Below, in pieces: positions 38,304 through 50,937 of a stretch of DNA of 64,000 nucleotides; position 1 is the first letter of the stretch; every line of letters begins with the position of its first letter. The notes beneath the pieces were generated by a model. It was given only the letters and a program-made list of their open reading frames with translations, searched no databases and had not been told where the DNA came from. Source of the DNA: Amoebophrya sp. A120 (lineage: Eukaryota > Protista > Dinoflagellata). Both the position numbers and the translations under genes were made by a program. Where the stretch lies: NCBI GenBank assembly GCA_905178155.1, contig CAJINV010000011.1, forward strand, positions 2,035,894-2,099,893, given 5' to 3'.

Positions 38304-41300
38304 TCAGTCCCATTTTTCGAGTAATTCCCAAATATTTTTTGACGGCTTCTTTTCGAGCTCCTCGTCCTCGACCTCCTCCAGAACCTCGCCCTCCTCGGTT
38401 TCGGTATGCATTGCAAATATGTCTGGGTCTGGAAAGTTGTCATGCTAATGTTGGAATGATACGCAAACTGTGTTGCGAAGCTGTGCATGACAAGTTTCTG
38501 AGCGGCTATGTCTAGCGCTAAGCGCATGACAAATGACCTCTTTGCATGACAAACAAGCGACGTAGTTGTAGCGCAACAAGCATCACAGGCTTTTCTGTAT
38601 TACCGGCCAAGCATGACAAACTTGTATTCTTCCAGACCCAGACATTTTTGCATTTGATATTCGGTCGTTTGCTTCGATTTTTCTTTTCGGTTTTTCGCCA
38701 ACAACATGCTCGCGTCCAGCGATCCCGGGTTCTGGCGAATCGACACCGCTTCGGCCAGCGCCTCGTCCGCGAGCCAGTCCCCCAGCGTCTGCGCGAACGT
38801 TTCCACATATCCCACAGAAAAAAGCTGGCAGGGCATATTTGTAATGCAAAAATGAATACACATAGAAATCTGTCATGGGCGGCCTCATAGCATGCTATTT
38901 AGGGTATGCAATACAAATTTTTCTGTCTATTTATTTTTGCATTACAAATATGACCTGCCAGTTTTTTTCTGTGTGATACCACAGACCGGTCGGAGGAGTT
39001 GCTGGGTAGGTGTTCGTTCCGCAGCCACCTGCGCGCCACCTCGTTAGCCGCGTTGTCCTGTAACGCGATCTTCTGGCCCCGGGGGCACTGGCTCAGAAAT
39101 TTGCTGCCGAGAGTATGCACTTGCAAAAGAAGTAGACAAGGAAGTGTCGAGATAAAGCCAAACAGCATTTTTCTACCTTGACAGCGAAATAGAATGACAA
39201 TTGCTGCAGAAGTTAGTGGAGGTGGAACGCGAAAAACTAAAGTGTACTTGCATCTGCATGCAGAGAAACATCATGGTGAAAATATTCATAACGCGTTCCT
39301 ATCTTATTTCACCCTCTGTCGATGTCACTCATCGGAGAACGCCTTGCACTTGCACTGTATCAAAAAAATGAAGGAACGAAGCCCCCAGACACTCCATGAT
39401 CTACTTTTCATCTTGCAGTCCATACGTGTACTTTTTCAGCAAGTCCAGCAGCGGAACGAGTTCGGGCTTTGTGTTTTGCTTCTGCTTCTCCCCCTCATCG
39501 TCCTTGGTGCGGCAAATCATGGTTTTCTGGATTGCCTCGCCGCTCGGAATGTCGCTGGTGCTCCGTCGGGACCGCGACTTCGACGCTTTGCTCTTACTAC
39601 TTTCCACCACCTGCAGGTGCTGGGATGATGAACTAGTGTTCGCCAGAGCAGCAGAACCAGAGCTACCATTTCCGCTTGCACCGCCGGCGAGGGGATTGTT
39701 GGCTCCGGAGGTGTTGCTGCTGGTTCGACTGTTTTGCTGCAGCGCACCAGCAGCGCCGTTGGAGGTTGTACTCGAACTATTATTCAGCGGCGGGGGGCCG
39801 GGAACGGGCTGCTGCAGGGGCGTCGTCAAATTCACCGGCTGCGCGACGACGGGCACCATAGGCGACGCGAGCGGGGGCGGGGGCGGAGCGGCCAGCGTGG
39901 GCTGCAGGATGGGCACCGGGAGCAGCAGGCCGTTCGCGCCGTACACCCAGAGCACGGCCGGCTGGGCGGTCGGCAGGGGCGCCGGCGGAAACGCGGATGC
40001 ATTGCAAATATCGATCTGGGTGTAGAAATAAATTGGAGCTTGTGTTGCATGTCTTGCATTTATTTCAAATCTGTATCTTTGCACAGCCAGCAAGTAAGGC
40101 GTTTACTTTTTTGCCATGTAAAAACGCAGTTTCTCTTGCATGCTACGCATCAGACATGGCGTCAAGTACTAAACTTGTCATGCTTGGCTGCACTTGAGAT
40201 GACCGGCGCCAGACAACTTATCCATACTTTAGCATCACAAGTTTCGTCCAGACCCAGACACATTTGCAATATCCATAACGCGGGGTTGTAGCCCATCATC
40301 GGAGTGTGCCCCATCGAAGCGCTCGTCGGCGTCGCGCTCGTATTGTTCAGCGTCTGTTGCTGCTGCTGCTGCACCACATGTTGATGCTGCGCCGGACCTG
40401 CGGAGGCTGGCGGCGGGCCCTGTACCGATGGCCCGCCGGCGACCGTGGGGGTCTCGAGCGGCAGCTCCAGGTTGTTGTTCGCGGTGGCGCGCGAGCTCGG
40501 ACTGGGCGTACCCGTGATGTCGTGAAACATGGAATTTACGTAGTGGCCACCCCGCATCGACGACAACGCGTTGCACACAATGGCGCTGTCCGCACACATA
40601 TGGATTGCAAAAATGTCTGGGTCTGGAAGTTTGCAACTTGTAATGCTGTCTGCGGATTCGAAAAATATCTGTGTTGCATGAGGAGCAAGAGGAGTCAGTT
40701 TCTCTTGGCACGCGAAGAGGGCACTTTTCATGCGTACTGAGCATCAAGAAGCTCTCAAAAAATCTGTGATGCTAGCACCAGCATCACAGACCTCACGGGT
40801 CATGCAAAATGTGCATGACAAGCCCCGACTCTTCCAGACCCAGACATATTTGCAATGCATAGCACATGATGATGGACTTCTTCTCCAGCCCGAGGTCGCG
40901 GCAGACCCGGAGGGCCGCGATCGCCGCCAGCAGGCTCGCCATGGACCCCGACGCGGTCGGCTGCTCCGCGGCAAAAAGCCGGCCCTGCTTGCTATCAACT
41001 GTAAAAATGTCTGGGTCTGGAACAATTCATGTTTGTCATGCTTGTCTGGCATGACTCTTGAATCTGTCATGCACGTTACCCAAGAGCTCCGCTTTTCTGT
41101 GATGCAGAAGCGCAGTTTGTCATGCAGAATTGGCAACACCTAGGAGCTCAGAAAGTAGTCATGCTGAGCCAGCATCTGTAGCCTCATCATGAGACGCCAC
41201 CCAGCATCACAAGTTTCCAGACCCAGACATTTTTACTTTTGATACTTGCTCCGGCGCGCCAACTGCTGTTCGTCGGGCGGGTGAAGATGCTGTTGCCCGT

Positions 41301-44300
41301 ATTGTGAGGAAAAATCCCCCCTCCCCATATCGAAAAGGTACGTCGCAGAAAATTTGCATTGCTGACTGCGGCCACAAATCATCTCTGTCTTGCAAGAAGG
41401 CAACTCCCCAGGCTCCGCCGCATTATGCAGGCGGTTTGTGATGCTGTTGGGCCTACAGAGCAGACGTTTCTCATGCTAAGAGCCTAGTCCAAAACCTCTC
41501 GGCTGAGGCTCGGTTTGGGCCTGCAGTCCTATCCAGCAAGACAAATCCGATTTGTGTACGCAAATCCAGCATCACAAACTTCGTTTTGATGTGGGGAGGG
41601 GGGATTTTTCATTTTGATAGCCCGCCACCCGGGGCGAGCGGTAAGCCGGTCATCGGACAGGAGACGACCGGGGTGTTGTCCACCGTCTTCTGGTCCTGCG
41701 CCTGGTTTGTGGTAATAACGACCTGGCCGCCTTTCAGCGCGGCCTGCATCGCCGCGTGCTCATCCGCAATCTTCCGCAAGAGGAGATTACTGCTAGAGGG
41801 GGCTCTGGACGACGAACCAGTCGCCGTCGCGGTAGTGATGTACTGCAGACTGCTGGATGGCGCGACCAGCGCAGGTCTTGTTTTCCTGTTATTTACCGGA
41901 GACGCCAGAAGATCGTGCTCCTGCAGGGCCGCGGCAGCTGCCGTTCGCTTCTTCTTCGGCGACGCGGACCGCCTAGTGCTCAGCGTCCACCGAAGACCGC
42001 CCTCCCAGATCTTCTGCACGCGGGGCGGCAGCACCGGCGCCGGCGGCTGCTTGTCCTTGTTTTTGCCCTTGGTCTTCTGTGGCGTCGCGGACGTCGCCGG
42101 CGCCGCCACCGGCTGCTGCTGCCCGACCGCAAAAATGCAGATCCCGATGGCCACCGCGTTGCCCACAATCCCCGAGGCGTTGATCAGCACGCGCTCGCCC
42201 CACTCCGGCCACGCCACACGGGGGTACACTGCGGGCCGCCGCCACCGCCACGTCGCCGCTGTGTGTGAAAATTGGTTCTCGTGCAGCGGTTGATGATTTT
42301 TTTTTCAACGAAAAAATGCAAAAAACAAAGATTAAAAACGTAGTTTTCATCTCTACAGCTGCAACGCGTGGCAAGAAAACTTTTCGCGGGCGACAGTGGG
42401 GTAGTTGTTGAGCCCCCGGCACAACGGACACATACGTAAATAAATCTTTGATATCAAAAAAAAAAACCTATAAGTAAGTACTTCCTTTGCTGTGTGCCTG
42501 CCAGGTGCCGTGCATGGAGCAGGCGTCTTCTTGCGTCATGCGCCACACGTTGTCGGTCCCGAACTCGGCAAAAAACACGCCCTCTTCGCCGCCGAAGGAG
42601 ATCCGGCCGAGCAGCAAGTTGCTGGTACCGCGGTACACGCCCAACACGTGGGTGCCGTTGTTCAGTGCTGCATTCGGCACCTCCCAGACGGTCAGCACGT
42701 TCTCGGAGTCTTGTTCCATCCAGTAGCCCCTTAAAATGTCCCCCATGGCCGCGGGGTTGCTCAGCGGGCTACCACGACCACCGGCGCTGGTAGTATCATC
42801 AGCATTTTGATGATGCAAGTCGGCGGCGGATGTTGGCAAGTTGAGACCACTACTCGCCGTCGTGCCGCTCATGTTCAGCGGGTTGTTGGGCGTGCCAGAT
42901 CCGCTGTAGGACGACACGTGGCTGCCGTTGTAGTTCTGGAGATTTGGCGTGCTCGGGAACTGTTGCAAATTGATCCTGCCCGCCACCCCTGATGGTCCAC
43001 CGCTAGTATTCCCAGCTGCACTCGCCGCCGCGCCGAGTGCCAGCGCGCTACTGCTGCTGTACCCGGTGTACAGACCACCGTTATCGCTGCCAAGAGCGTG
43101 GTGGTCCTTGCGCCGGCCGCCGGCCCCGCTGCCGCCCTGCGTGCGGTACTTTCGCTTGCTCTTGCGCTCCGGCAGCGACGGCAGGAACCGGGAGGGCAGG
43201 CAGATCCGCGCCACCTGCACCAGGGGGTTCACGTTCAGCTGCATAGAAGATGAACAACCACCCCCACCAGCGCCTCCTCGGGACTGCTGCTGCACGACGT
43301 TGACCACCGGCGCAAAGTTCACCCGTGCCATCGCCAGCCAGTCCAGTTTTTGGAAGCCCACGCTTTGCTGCCGCACGATGCACCGCTCGGGGTCGTGTGC
43401 CCGCATCTCCACTACAAACAACCCCACGGGAATCTTCACTGCGCGAGGAGGAGAACTGCTGCAACTGCTCGTCGAACTACTGGGGTAGTTGTTCGTCCCG
43501 TCGCGCCCGGATGCAGCTCCTAAAACTTCCACTGTAGTACAACAACTGCTTGAGGTCTTACTTGTAGAAGCGCCACCTAGTACTCCAGCTTCCTTGTCTG
43601 CTGTTCCTGCTGCTGATTTTAGTACTGCAATTCCTGTAGTTGTACTGGTCTGTTGCTCCGTTGCTGTTCTTGTTGTCGTCGTCCCGTTGCAGTCGTCGGC
43701 GGCTGAATTTTCGGGGTGCAGCTTCGACGCAGGAGCCGCAACCGCACCAGCACCTGTGGTGCCCCCGCCGGCCGTCGAAGAACTGGAGGAAGTGCTTCCT
43801 GTTCGCTTCATACTGTTTAATACCCCACCTTCGTCGCTGAGCGGCGACCTGTCCTCGCCCCGTGGGCGGGCGATGGACTTCGAAAGCTTGTTCAGGGCGG
43901 ACTGCGGCGAGCCGGGGCTGACCGTGGTGTCGCCCGAGCGGTGGGTCGCGTCCCCGGTGTGGTCTTTCGGCGAGCTTGTGCTGGTTCCAAGATGAACTGC
44001 GACTGCGTTATCTTCCTGTGCTTGTTGTTCTGACGTGGTGGTGGTGACCACCGCGCCGGTTTTGGAGACGGTCATCTGGGCACTCTCGGTGCGCTCCTAT
44101 CAAATGCAATATATGTTTGGGTCTGGAAACCTGTAATGCTGGGTCGTGAATAGTGAATTCTCTGTAATGCACAGCCAAGCATGAGAAATATTTGCGCGGC
44201 TTAGTGTTGCGCTTTCCGCATGACAAGGTGCGTTTTGCATGACAAGCAAAAGGGTCTCTTTTTGGACACGCATCACAAACTCTTTAGTCATGCCAAACAA

Positions 44301-47300
44301 GCATGACAAACCTAACTTTGCATCCTTCCAGACCCAGACATATTTGCAATGCATAGCTCCTTTGTCTTCGCGATCTTTCCCGTCTCGTTGACCACCTTGG
44401 CTATCCTGAGTAAAAACGTACCCACCCCAGAGTTGTCATGCAGATTTGCCATGACAGGAACATTTGTGATGCGCAACCTCATGACAGGCATTTTCCATCG
44501 TGTTTGGGAACTTGTAATGCTGTAAACAGGATCAGAAGGTCGATTTGTGATGCGGCTTTCCTTGCTAACTTGCACTACCTTACGGACTGAAACTTGTCAT
44601 GCGTGACTCACAAAACTCCTAGGTTGGTGTTGCAAAATCCCCATCCTGACTCTGGTGTGGGTACGTTTTTACTCAGGATATTGGCCACGGTGCTGCTACC
44701 TCCGGTCGCCGTCCCGCTGGTCGGCTCCAGGCTGTGTTCGTCCAGCTGCATGGTGGAATAGGGGAGGCCGACCGACCTCCCGTGCACCAGCAGAATATCG
44801 TCCCACCGCACGTCGCCCTCCTGCAGCTCCGAGGTGGCGGTGCGTTTCCACAACTTGCGCACGGCGAGGAAGTCGCGCCCGTGCTTCTGCAGGTACGCGA
44901 CGGTGGCCAGGCGGATCATCACCAACTCCTGCTCCGTCACCCACAGGTCCTGGAACACGAACGTCATGTGGAGGCGGTCCGCAAGCACGCGGAAGGGTGC
45001 GGTGGCGGTGGTGGCAGCGAAAGAGCTGGTCGTCGCGGGTGGCGGCGGGGGCGCCAGACTTCTACTTGTCGTCGCTGCTCCTGCTCCTGCTCTATGCATT
45101 GCAAATATGTCTGGGTCTGGGAAGTTGTATTGCTGGCCGTGCATTCCTGTGAAATCTGTATTGCATGACCAACAAAAGTGGCAGCCTCTCTTGTCATACA
45201 AGAAGAACGCAGTTTCTCATGCGGAGTTCGTATGAGAAAGCGTTCCGCAAACTTGTCATGCTTTAATGGATAAGAAAACGTTTCCATCATGCTCATTTTA
45301 GCATCACAAATTTCCGGACCCAGACATATTTGCATTTGATATGCTCCTCCTGCTGCGCCGGGCGGGAGTTGTTCCGCGGGGGAAAAGGGCGAGGCGGCGA
45401 ACCCCGCCGGACCGGCGCCCAGTAAGCCGGGCGACGACCGTATCAACTGCAAAAATGTCTGGGTCTGGAAGAGTCATGCTGTTTTTGCATGACACAGAAG
45501 GTCTGCCATGGAAGCTCTAGCGTCACGGGTTTCCAGAAGCTTCCGCAATGCCGAATCCGAATCACAAATCCCCCATTTTGGTGACAGAAAGTAGGCACCT
45601 TTTGCTGCCTATGCATGGGAGATTTTTCTGCGTTCTAAAATGCGCATCACAGGTTTGTATTCTTCCAGACCCAGAAATGTTTGCAATTGATAGACCGCAG
45701 CGTTGTCGCGGACGGCGGGGTGGGCAGCCCCGCGGCGGCCGGAAGATGACTGGGCGGCGGAAACAACGACCCGCCGGGTCGGTCGGTCAGCGGAGGCGGC
45801 CCGAGGGCGGGCGGGAGTGGCGGCGGGAGCGGGGGCGAGGAGGGCGACGTCGAGCTGAAGGCCGGAGACGCGCCGCTCTTCGGCTTCACCGCGGTCCAGG
45901 ACGGCCGGCTCTGCCCGGTCGGGACGGCTGGGGCCATGGCGGGGGGCAGTTGGGGCGGGAGCTGGCTCGGGAGTTGCGGTGGGGGCTTGTGAAGACCGGC
46001 CGTGGTCGTGGTGGAGGGGGCCGCTGATGTAGTACTACAACTTGTTGGCGCGGCAGCAGGAGGGGGAGGACCTACGTGCGACAACACGCCACTCCGGCGG
46101 GCCGGCGGGTCGAATTGACTGACCGAGTTGTTCGACGCAGGAGTATTGGTGCCAACAAGGCCCGAAGAAGAGGATGCTGTAGCGGCTGTGGCCTCGCAAC
46201 GTGACTTCTTTCTCCTGGCTTTCTTGATTTTTCCCCCGTCGGACGTACTTTTCATTCTAGCAGAATCTTTTCCAGTTCTACTTCCGTCTTCCGCTGCAGC
46301 TGCTGCCCCCGCGCGCCGGCTCGACGCGGCTAAAATGCTACGCATCACCTCGCCCCGCAGTCGGACCCCGCGAAAGCGGTGCGCCGCGGGCTCTTCCAAA
46401 CTGGCCGGGACCTCCGCTGCCGCACTCCGCGACGTGGATGAAGAAGAACTGCTGGTGCTTATTGTGAGGAAACACTCCCTGCTCTCCCAATACTCAGAGT
46501 GCGAATCTGTCATGCGGATTTGTGGCCACAAATAATCAGCTTTGTGTTGCAAGACTAGGCACGCGCAGGAGAGGTGTGCGCCGCATAAGTACGCAGTATG
46601 CTGGGACTACAGCGGTGGAGTTCTTTGTCATGCTGAAAAACTAGACCCCGCGAATGGCCTAAACGGGCCGAGGCTCTACTGCCTGCTGTGGTCCCTTACT
46701 GCAACATAGAGCTCAACATTTGTGTACGCAGATCCAGCATCAGATGATTTTTTTTTGAATATGGGGAGGCGGGATCTTTCATTTTGATAGTGCTGGCCTT
46801 CGTACTGCTCTTCGACGCACCTCCACTGGTCGTCCCGCCAGCGGGGGCCGAGGCTGCAACAGATGCCGACGACGTCGACGTCGCTCGGCTACTGCTCGAC
46901 ACCGCAGTCGCCCCTCGACCAGACGCGCTGTTGGACGTCGTCGTCGTGCCTCCACTAGTACTACTACCTCCTCCAAGATGGTCACCAGCAGCACTTCCCG
47001 CCGCGTAGAAGTCCGCCGCGTCCCGCGTGGTTGTGCCCCGCGCCGCGTAGACCGCGACACTGGTGCGCTCCGTGTGCTGCTCCGTGGCCAGCGCGTCCGC
47101 CGGGGACCGCCAGATCACCGCGAGCACGGCGGCCTGCACGCGCAAGTTATAAAAGTGCACATTTCCCCCTGCCCCTCATTTGCATAGCATGAACGGCAAT
47201 AAAAGCATCAGCAAGAATACCGGTTTTGCATGACAAATTTGCACTGGAGCGTAGTGCTGTTTGGGCTTCCAGGATTTGTCATGCAAACAGTGCTACAAAG

Positions 47301-49088
47301 CAGCAGCTGGATTTGGGATTTTGCATTACAAATGAGGGAGAGGGGGAGTTGTGTACTTTCTTACAAGTACACTTCCATCCACAGCGTCTCCATCTGCTTC
47401 TTGTCTTCTAACTGGCGGCGTTTGTCCCGGGTCGGCTTTTCAGGGAGCAGCGGAATCACCACCTCCTGGTGAAACCGAAACAGCGGTCGTGCCTGCCCTG
47501 GTCCCGCGCCGGCGGCTCCCGCGTGGTTGATGTTGGCGCCGGGAGGTCCAGCTGCACCCATCATCCCGTAGTTGTGCGGGGCGCCACTGCCAGGATGCTC
47601 GACCAGGGGTCCGGATGATCCCCAGCCGCCGGCGCCGTGGTAGGGGGAGGAGGACAGGTCGTTCGGTGGAAACCCGAATTGATGACCTCCATGTTGCATG
47701 TTAACCGTGCTCGCGCCGGTGACCGAGGTCCAGGAACTGGCGCCGAACATCCCCGTGTACTGCTCTGTCATCGGAGATGCCGAGGGCCCGCCCGGTCCTC
47801 CTGCGCCGCCCGCGCTGGGTCCGCCTGGACCCACGCCGGCGCTGCCGCCGGGCGCGAACGGTGCCTCGCCGGGAGCGGCGGACAGCAGCGGGATCACCTC
47901 CGCCACGCCGGCCAACGGCTTGCCCGCGTCGTAGAAGTGCGCCACCGCCGCAAACAGCAGGTTCCGCTCCGCCACGGATCCGGGTCGAAACCGCAGCTGT
48001 TTCGGCAGCCGGGGGTCGGACCCGCGGTGCGTGCTGTGTCCGAGGCGGCCGCTGATCACCGTTAGCTGGTGCTGCGCACTGGAGGACGAAGACGACGCCT
48101 TTATTTGACCGCCGAAGGGCTGCTGCGGGTGGTGCCCCAGCGGGTGTGGAGGTAGTTGTTGCACTTGGATCATCCCCAGAACCGGCGCCCCGGGGTGGCC
48201 GGGCGGAAACGGGTGCGGGGCGGAACCTGGCGGGGGTGGTGGCACGCCGCTCTGCGGTGTCTGCCCCCACGGTGGAGGGGGCGGACCTCCTCCGGGTGTC
48301 CCCACGGTGGTGCCGTCGTACATCTTCCCGTAGGGCAGTAGATTTGGGTTGTTCGTTTGCTGCTGCTGGTTGTAGCTGTTTAATATCGCACGAAAAAATC
48401 ATATTTCACTGTATCTATAGTATGGCTGTGCGGAAGATGAATTTCTCGCATGAAAATTTCATACGTTCCACCTCCTGAGGGAACATGAAAATTTCATCCG
48501 TCTTTGCAACATCTCCGGCGACACATCGACTCTTTCTCCTGTGTAGAAGTTCATCCTGCATAAATTCCCTGTTATTGGTCGTCGTGCGTCACTAGTTTAA
48601 TGCAACCGGTTGCCTACCGTACAACAGTGAAACCGATTTATTTTTCATGCGATACTGTTGTACATCAACGCACTACCCTGTGTGTGTTGCTGCTGCTGCC
48701 CATTCGGTCCAAACCTAGGATCCATGTTGTAGCCGCCCGGCATCTGGTGCTCGGGCGCCAGCATGTTGTTGCCACCCCGCATAGAAGTTGTAGCACTGTG
48801 CGCACCAGCACCAGCTGCACCAGTCTTGGGCAGGTAGGGGGTTCCCGAGGAGGACGCCGGTGTGGCACCAGCGCTGGGGTGGAGGTGCTGTGCGGCTGCA
48901 GTAGTCTTCGCCGGGAGGAGGTCCCCATGTTGCTGTAGATAGTGCTGGAAGGCCCGCTGGTGCATGGCCCGGCATAGCGCAACGCCCCGGCACGGCGGCT
49001 TCTGGTGCACCTTTTGCACGACCACTTGCTGGTCGGCCGACGGACCCGCCGCAGGCAGGAGATCGCTTGGCAGCGGTGGAGGCGCCAT
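38304..49088 (-). CDS. Very large low-complexity (P/S/G/Q-rich) protein with a C-terminal degenerate RNase H-like fold; may be more than one gene
   Basis: Long ORFs rejoin in frame at the junctions checked after element removal; RNase HI-like segments VLINASG, MASLLAAIAAL, IIMCADSAIVCNAL, LGDWLADEA; stop TGA at 38304. Confidence 0.55.
38405..38659. mobile_element. Introner family A
   Basis: TSD TTCGG. Confidence 0.9.
38808..38978. mobile_element. Introner family G
   Basis: TSD CCACA. Confidence 0.9.
39996..40277. mobile_element. Introner family A
   Basis: TSD ACGCG; left end GAT. Confidence 0.85.
40599..40861. mobile_element. Introner family A
   Basis: TSD ACACA/GCACA. Confidence 0.88.
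40993..41244. mobile_element. Introner family A
   Basis: TSD CTTGC. Confidence 0.9.
41300..41619. mobile_element. Introner family F
   Basis: TSD GCCCG. Confidence 0.9.
44098..44355. mobile_element. Introner family A
   Basis: TSD GCTCC; similar to 52081-52346. Confidence 0.9.
44402..44680. mobile_element. Introner family B
   Basis: TSD TTGGC; uninterrupted, inverted relative of 21584-22042. Confidence 0.9.
45093..45341. mobile_element. Introner family A
   Basis: TSD TGCTC. Confidence 0.9.
45441..45692. mobile_element. Introner family A
   Basis: TSD GACCG; inverted relative of 2332-2583. Confidence 0.9.
46460..46789. mobile_element. Introner family F
   Basis: TSD GTGCT. Confidence 0.88.
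47148..47363. mobile_element. Introner family E
   Basis: TSD CAAGT. Confidence 0.85.
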
Positions 49089-49108
49089 CTTCAAAATGGA
49101 TGCAGCGA

Positions 49109-49370
49109 TATCAAGTGCAAAAATGTCTGGGTCTGGAAGGTTAGAACTTGTCATGCTAAATCTGAACGATGCAAAGATCTGCGTTGCGTGAGTACCGAAA
49201 GCTGTCCACTTTTGACCAAGTTGAGAGGGAGTTTCTCATGCAGGAAAGGCATGATAGAGACCTCAAAAAATCTCTCATGCTGGGTCTCGCATTCCAGACC
49301 TCATGGGTCATGGAAAACCTGCATCACAAAACTTGCATTCTTCCAGACCCAGACATTTTTACATTTGATA
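49109..49370. mobile_element. Introner family A (probably in the 5' UTR)
   Basis: TSD AGCGA. Confidence 0.88.
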
Positions 49371-50937
49371 AGCGAAGAGTGTCTGTTGTTCGGAGGAGAG
49401 AGTAGAGACGATGCTGCTACTGCGCGTCGTCGGAAACAAGATCCGACTACTTACTTATTTCACGGCTGGCTGTGGCTGCTCACAGTTTTTCTTTGAATAA
49501 TTACGCCGCTGTGTCCTCCACCTCGACGCCTGCTTCGCAACAAGCTCGATCCGCTCCCAGATCGCGCCTGCAGTTCTGGGAAATTTTTGGAATGCCTGCT
49601 TCTCTAGGGAGATGAACAAGTAGACCACCACGTCCTCTTCAAAATTATACCGCGCCTTTTCTCATCGGTCGATTGTTCCTGGAAAATAGTAGAGGTTGCT
49701 TTGATCTTCGTCGTCGTGTGTGTCATACTTGTTGTATATGTATATTTCGGCTCTTCATAATTGCTGTTCAGCGCCACGAGGACAACTAAAGAAGAGTCTA
49801 CTGATGTCATGCAACAACACTCGTGCCAAAATCTTCTTTTGTTTTTGCAGACAGAAACCTACACTTTCTCCCGTGAATTTCTAAAGTATTTCAAAAACGT
49901 CCTGCTCGTGGCCCTCGCTGAGGCGGTGTTAGGCGTAAGAAGAGTCATTCTGCTGTCTCGTGCTGGGTCGGCACGAGCTCCAAACGTTATTTGCATGGCA
50001 GAATAGATAGCGCACAAAGGAAAACGCGATCAATCGCACCCAAATCGTAAAAATTAAAATTCATGGTGCACCAATTATTGCTCTACCGTATGCTACCACC
50101 CAAAATTCACACATTAACGCTGCTGTATTCTACTTTGTACTATTTCGCTGTGGCGTTCGCCTCGTTCACATTTTCACCAAAAATTACACCGTTTTCATAC
50201 TAAACTGTCAGCACAGAAAGGAAGTACTCTAGGGGTGTCGAGGCGATTGCACCACGACAGGATCGCACGTAATATGCTATGTTGTCTTCCGCACCAGCAG
50301 TTGGCTTGTATCTCAAGGCGGCTAATTGTTTATCATCAACCTAGTACAAGATGGCGCTACTAATCTGTTCAAATAAAACGTCGGATATGCTGCGTCTAAC
50401 ACTTCAGATGACGCTTACGCTCGCATGATCAATATCCACCTCTAGCAGTCGTGCCATAATACGTGATCCTCACTGACGTGCTCCACTACTAGCTAGAACT
50501 GTCACTGCAAGCCTTTATTTCATGTAGCAACCTACTGTATATTCATTCTGCCATCGCAACGGCTGGTACCAAGCCAGGTGGGAAGATTTATGCTCATTCT
50601 TGTACGGAACACAGTCGTCGTGCACAAAGTTCCTATTCTGCCTCGCCCCACTGTCTCAGAGCTGAGCCGGCGAAGGTTCAATAAAAATAATCCAGAATCT
50701 TCATGCGATCCAAGGCGGAAGTAGGTACTTCTTATTCGTCGAGTCAAACACTCTGCTTCACTTCTTGTAGAAAATTCTAAGCACAAGGCTTCTGCTCTTC
50801 CTCCGTTGATGTCTTCTATTTCATCATCCCACAATCTTCACTAAATGCACTTATGTTGACTAGTTCTTGTCCAGAGAAGTGAAACTGATCGATTTTCCAG
50901 TAAGATGGGGTACCTAATAGGAAAAACGATCAGAAGC

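Noticed and set aside
2792-48478. Many long plus-strand ORFs (e.g. 6255-7031, 18392-19246, 25256-26020)
   Set aside because: Antisense shadows of GC-rich minus-strand exons with no independent motifs.
50532-50834. 100-aa minus-strand ORF downstream of ribH
   Set aside because: Non-ATG start and no recognisable domain.
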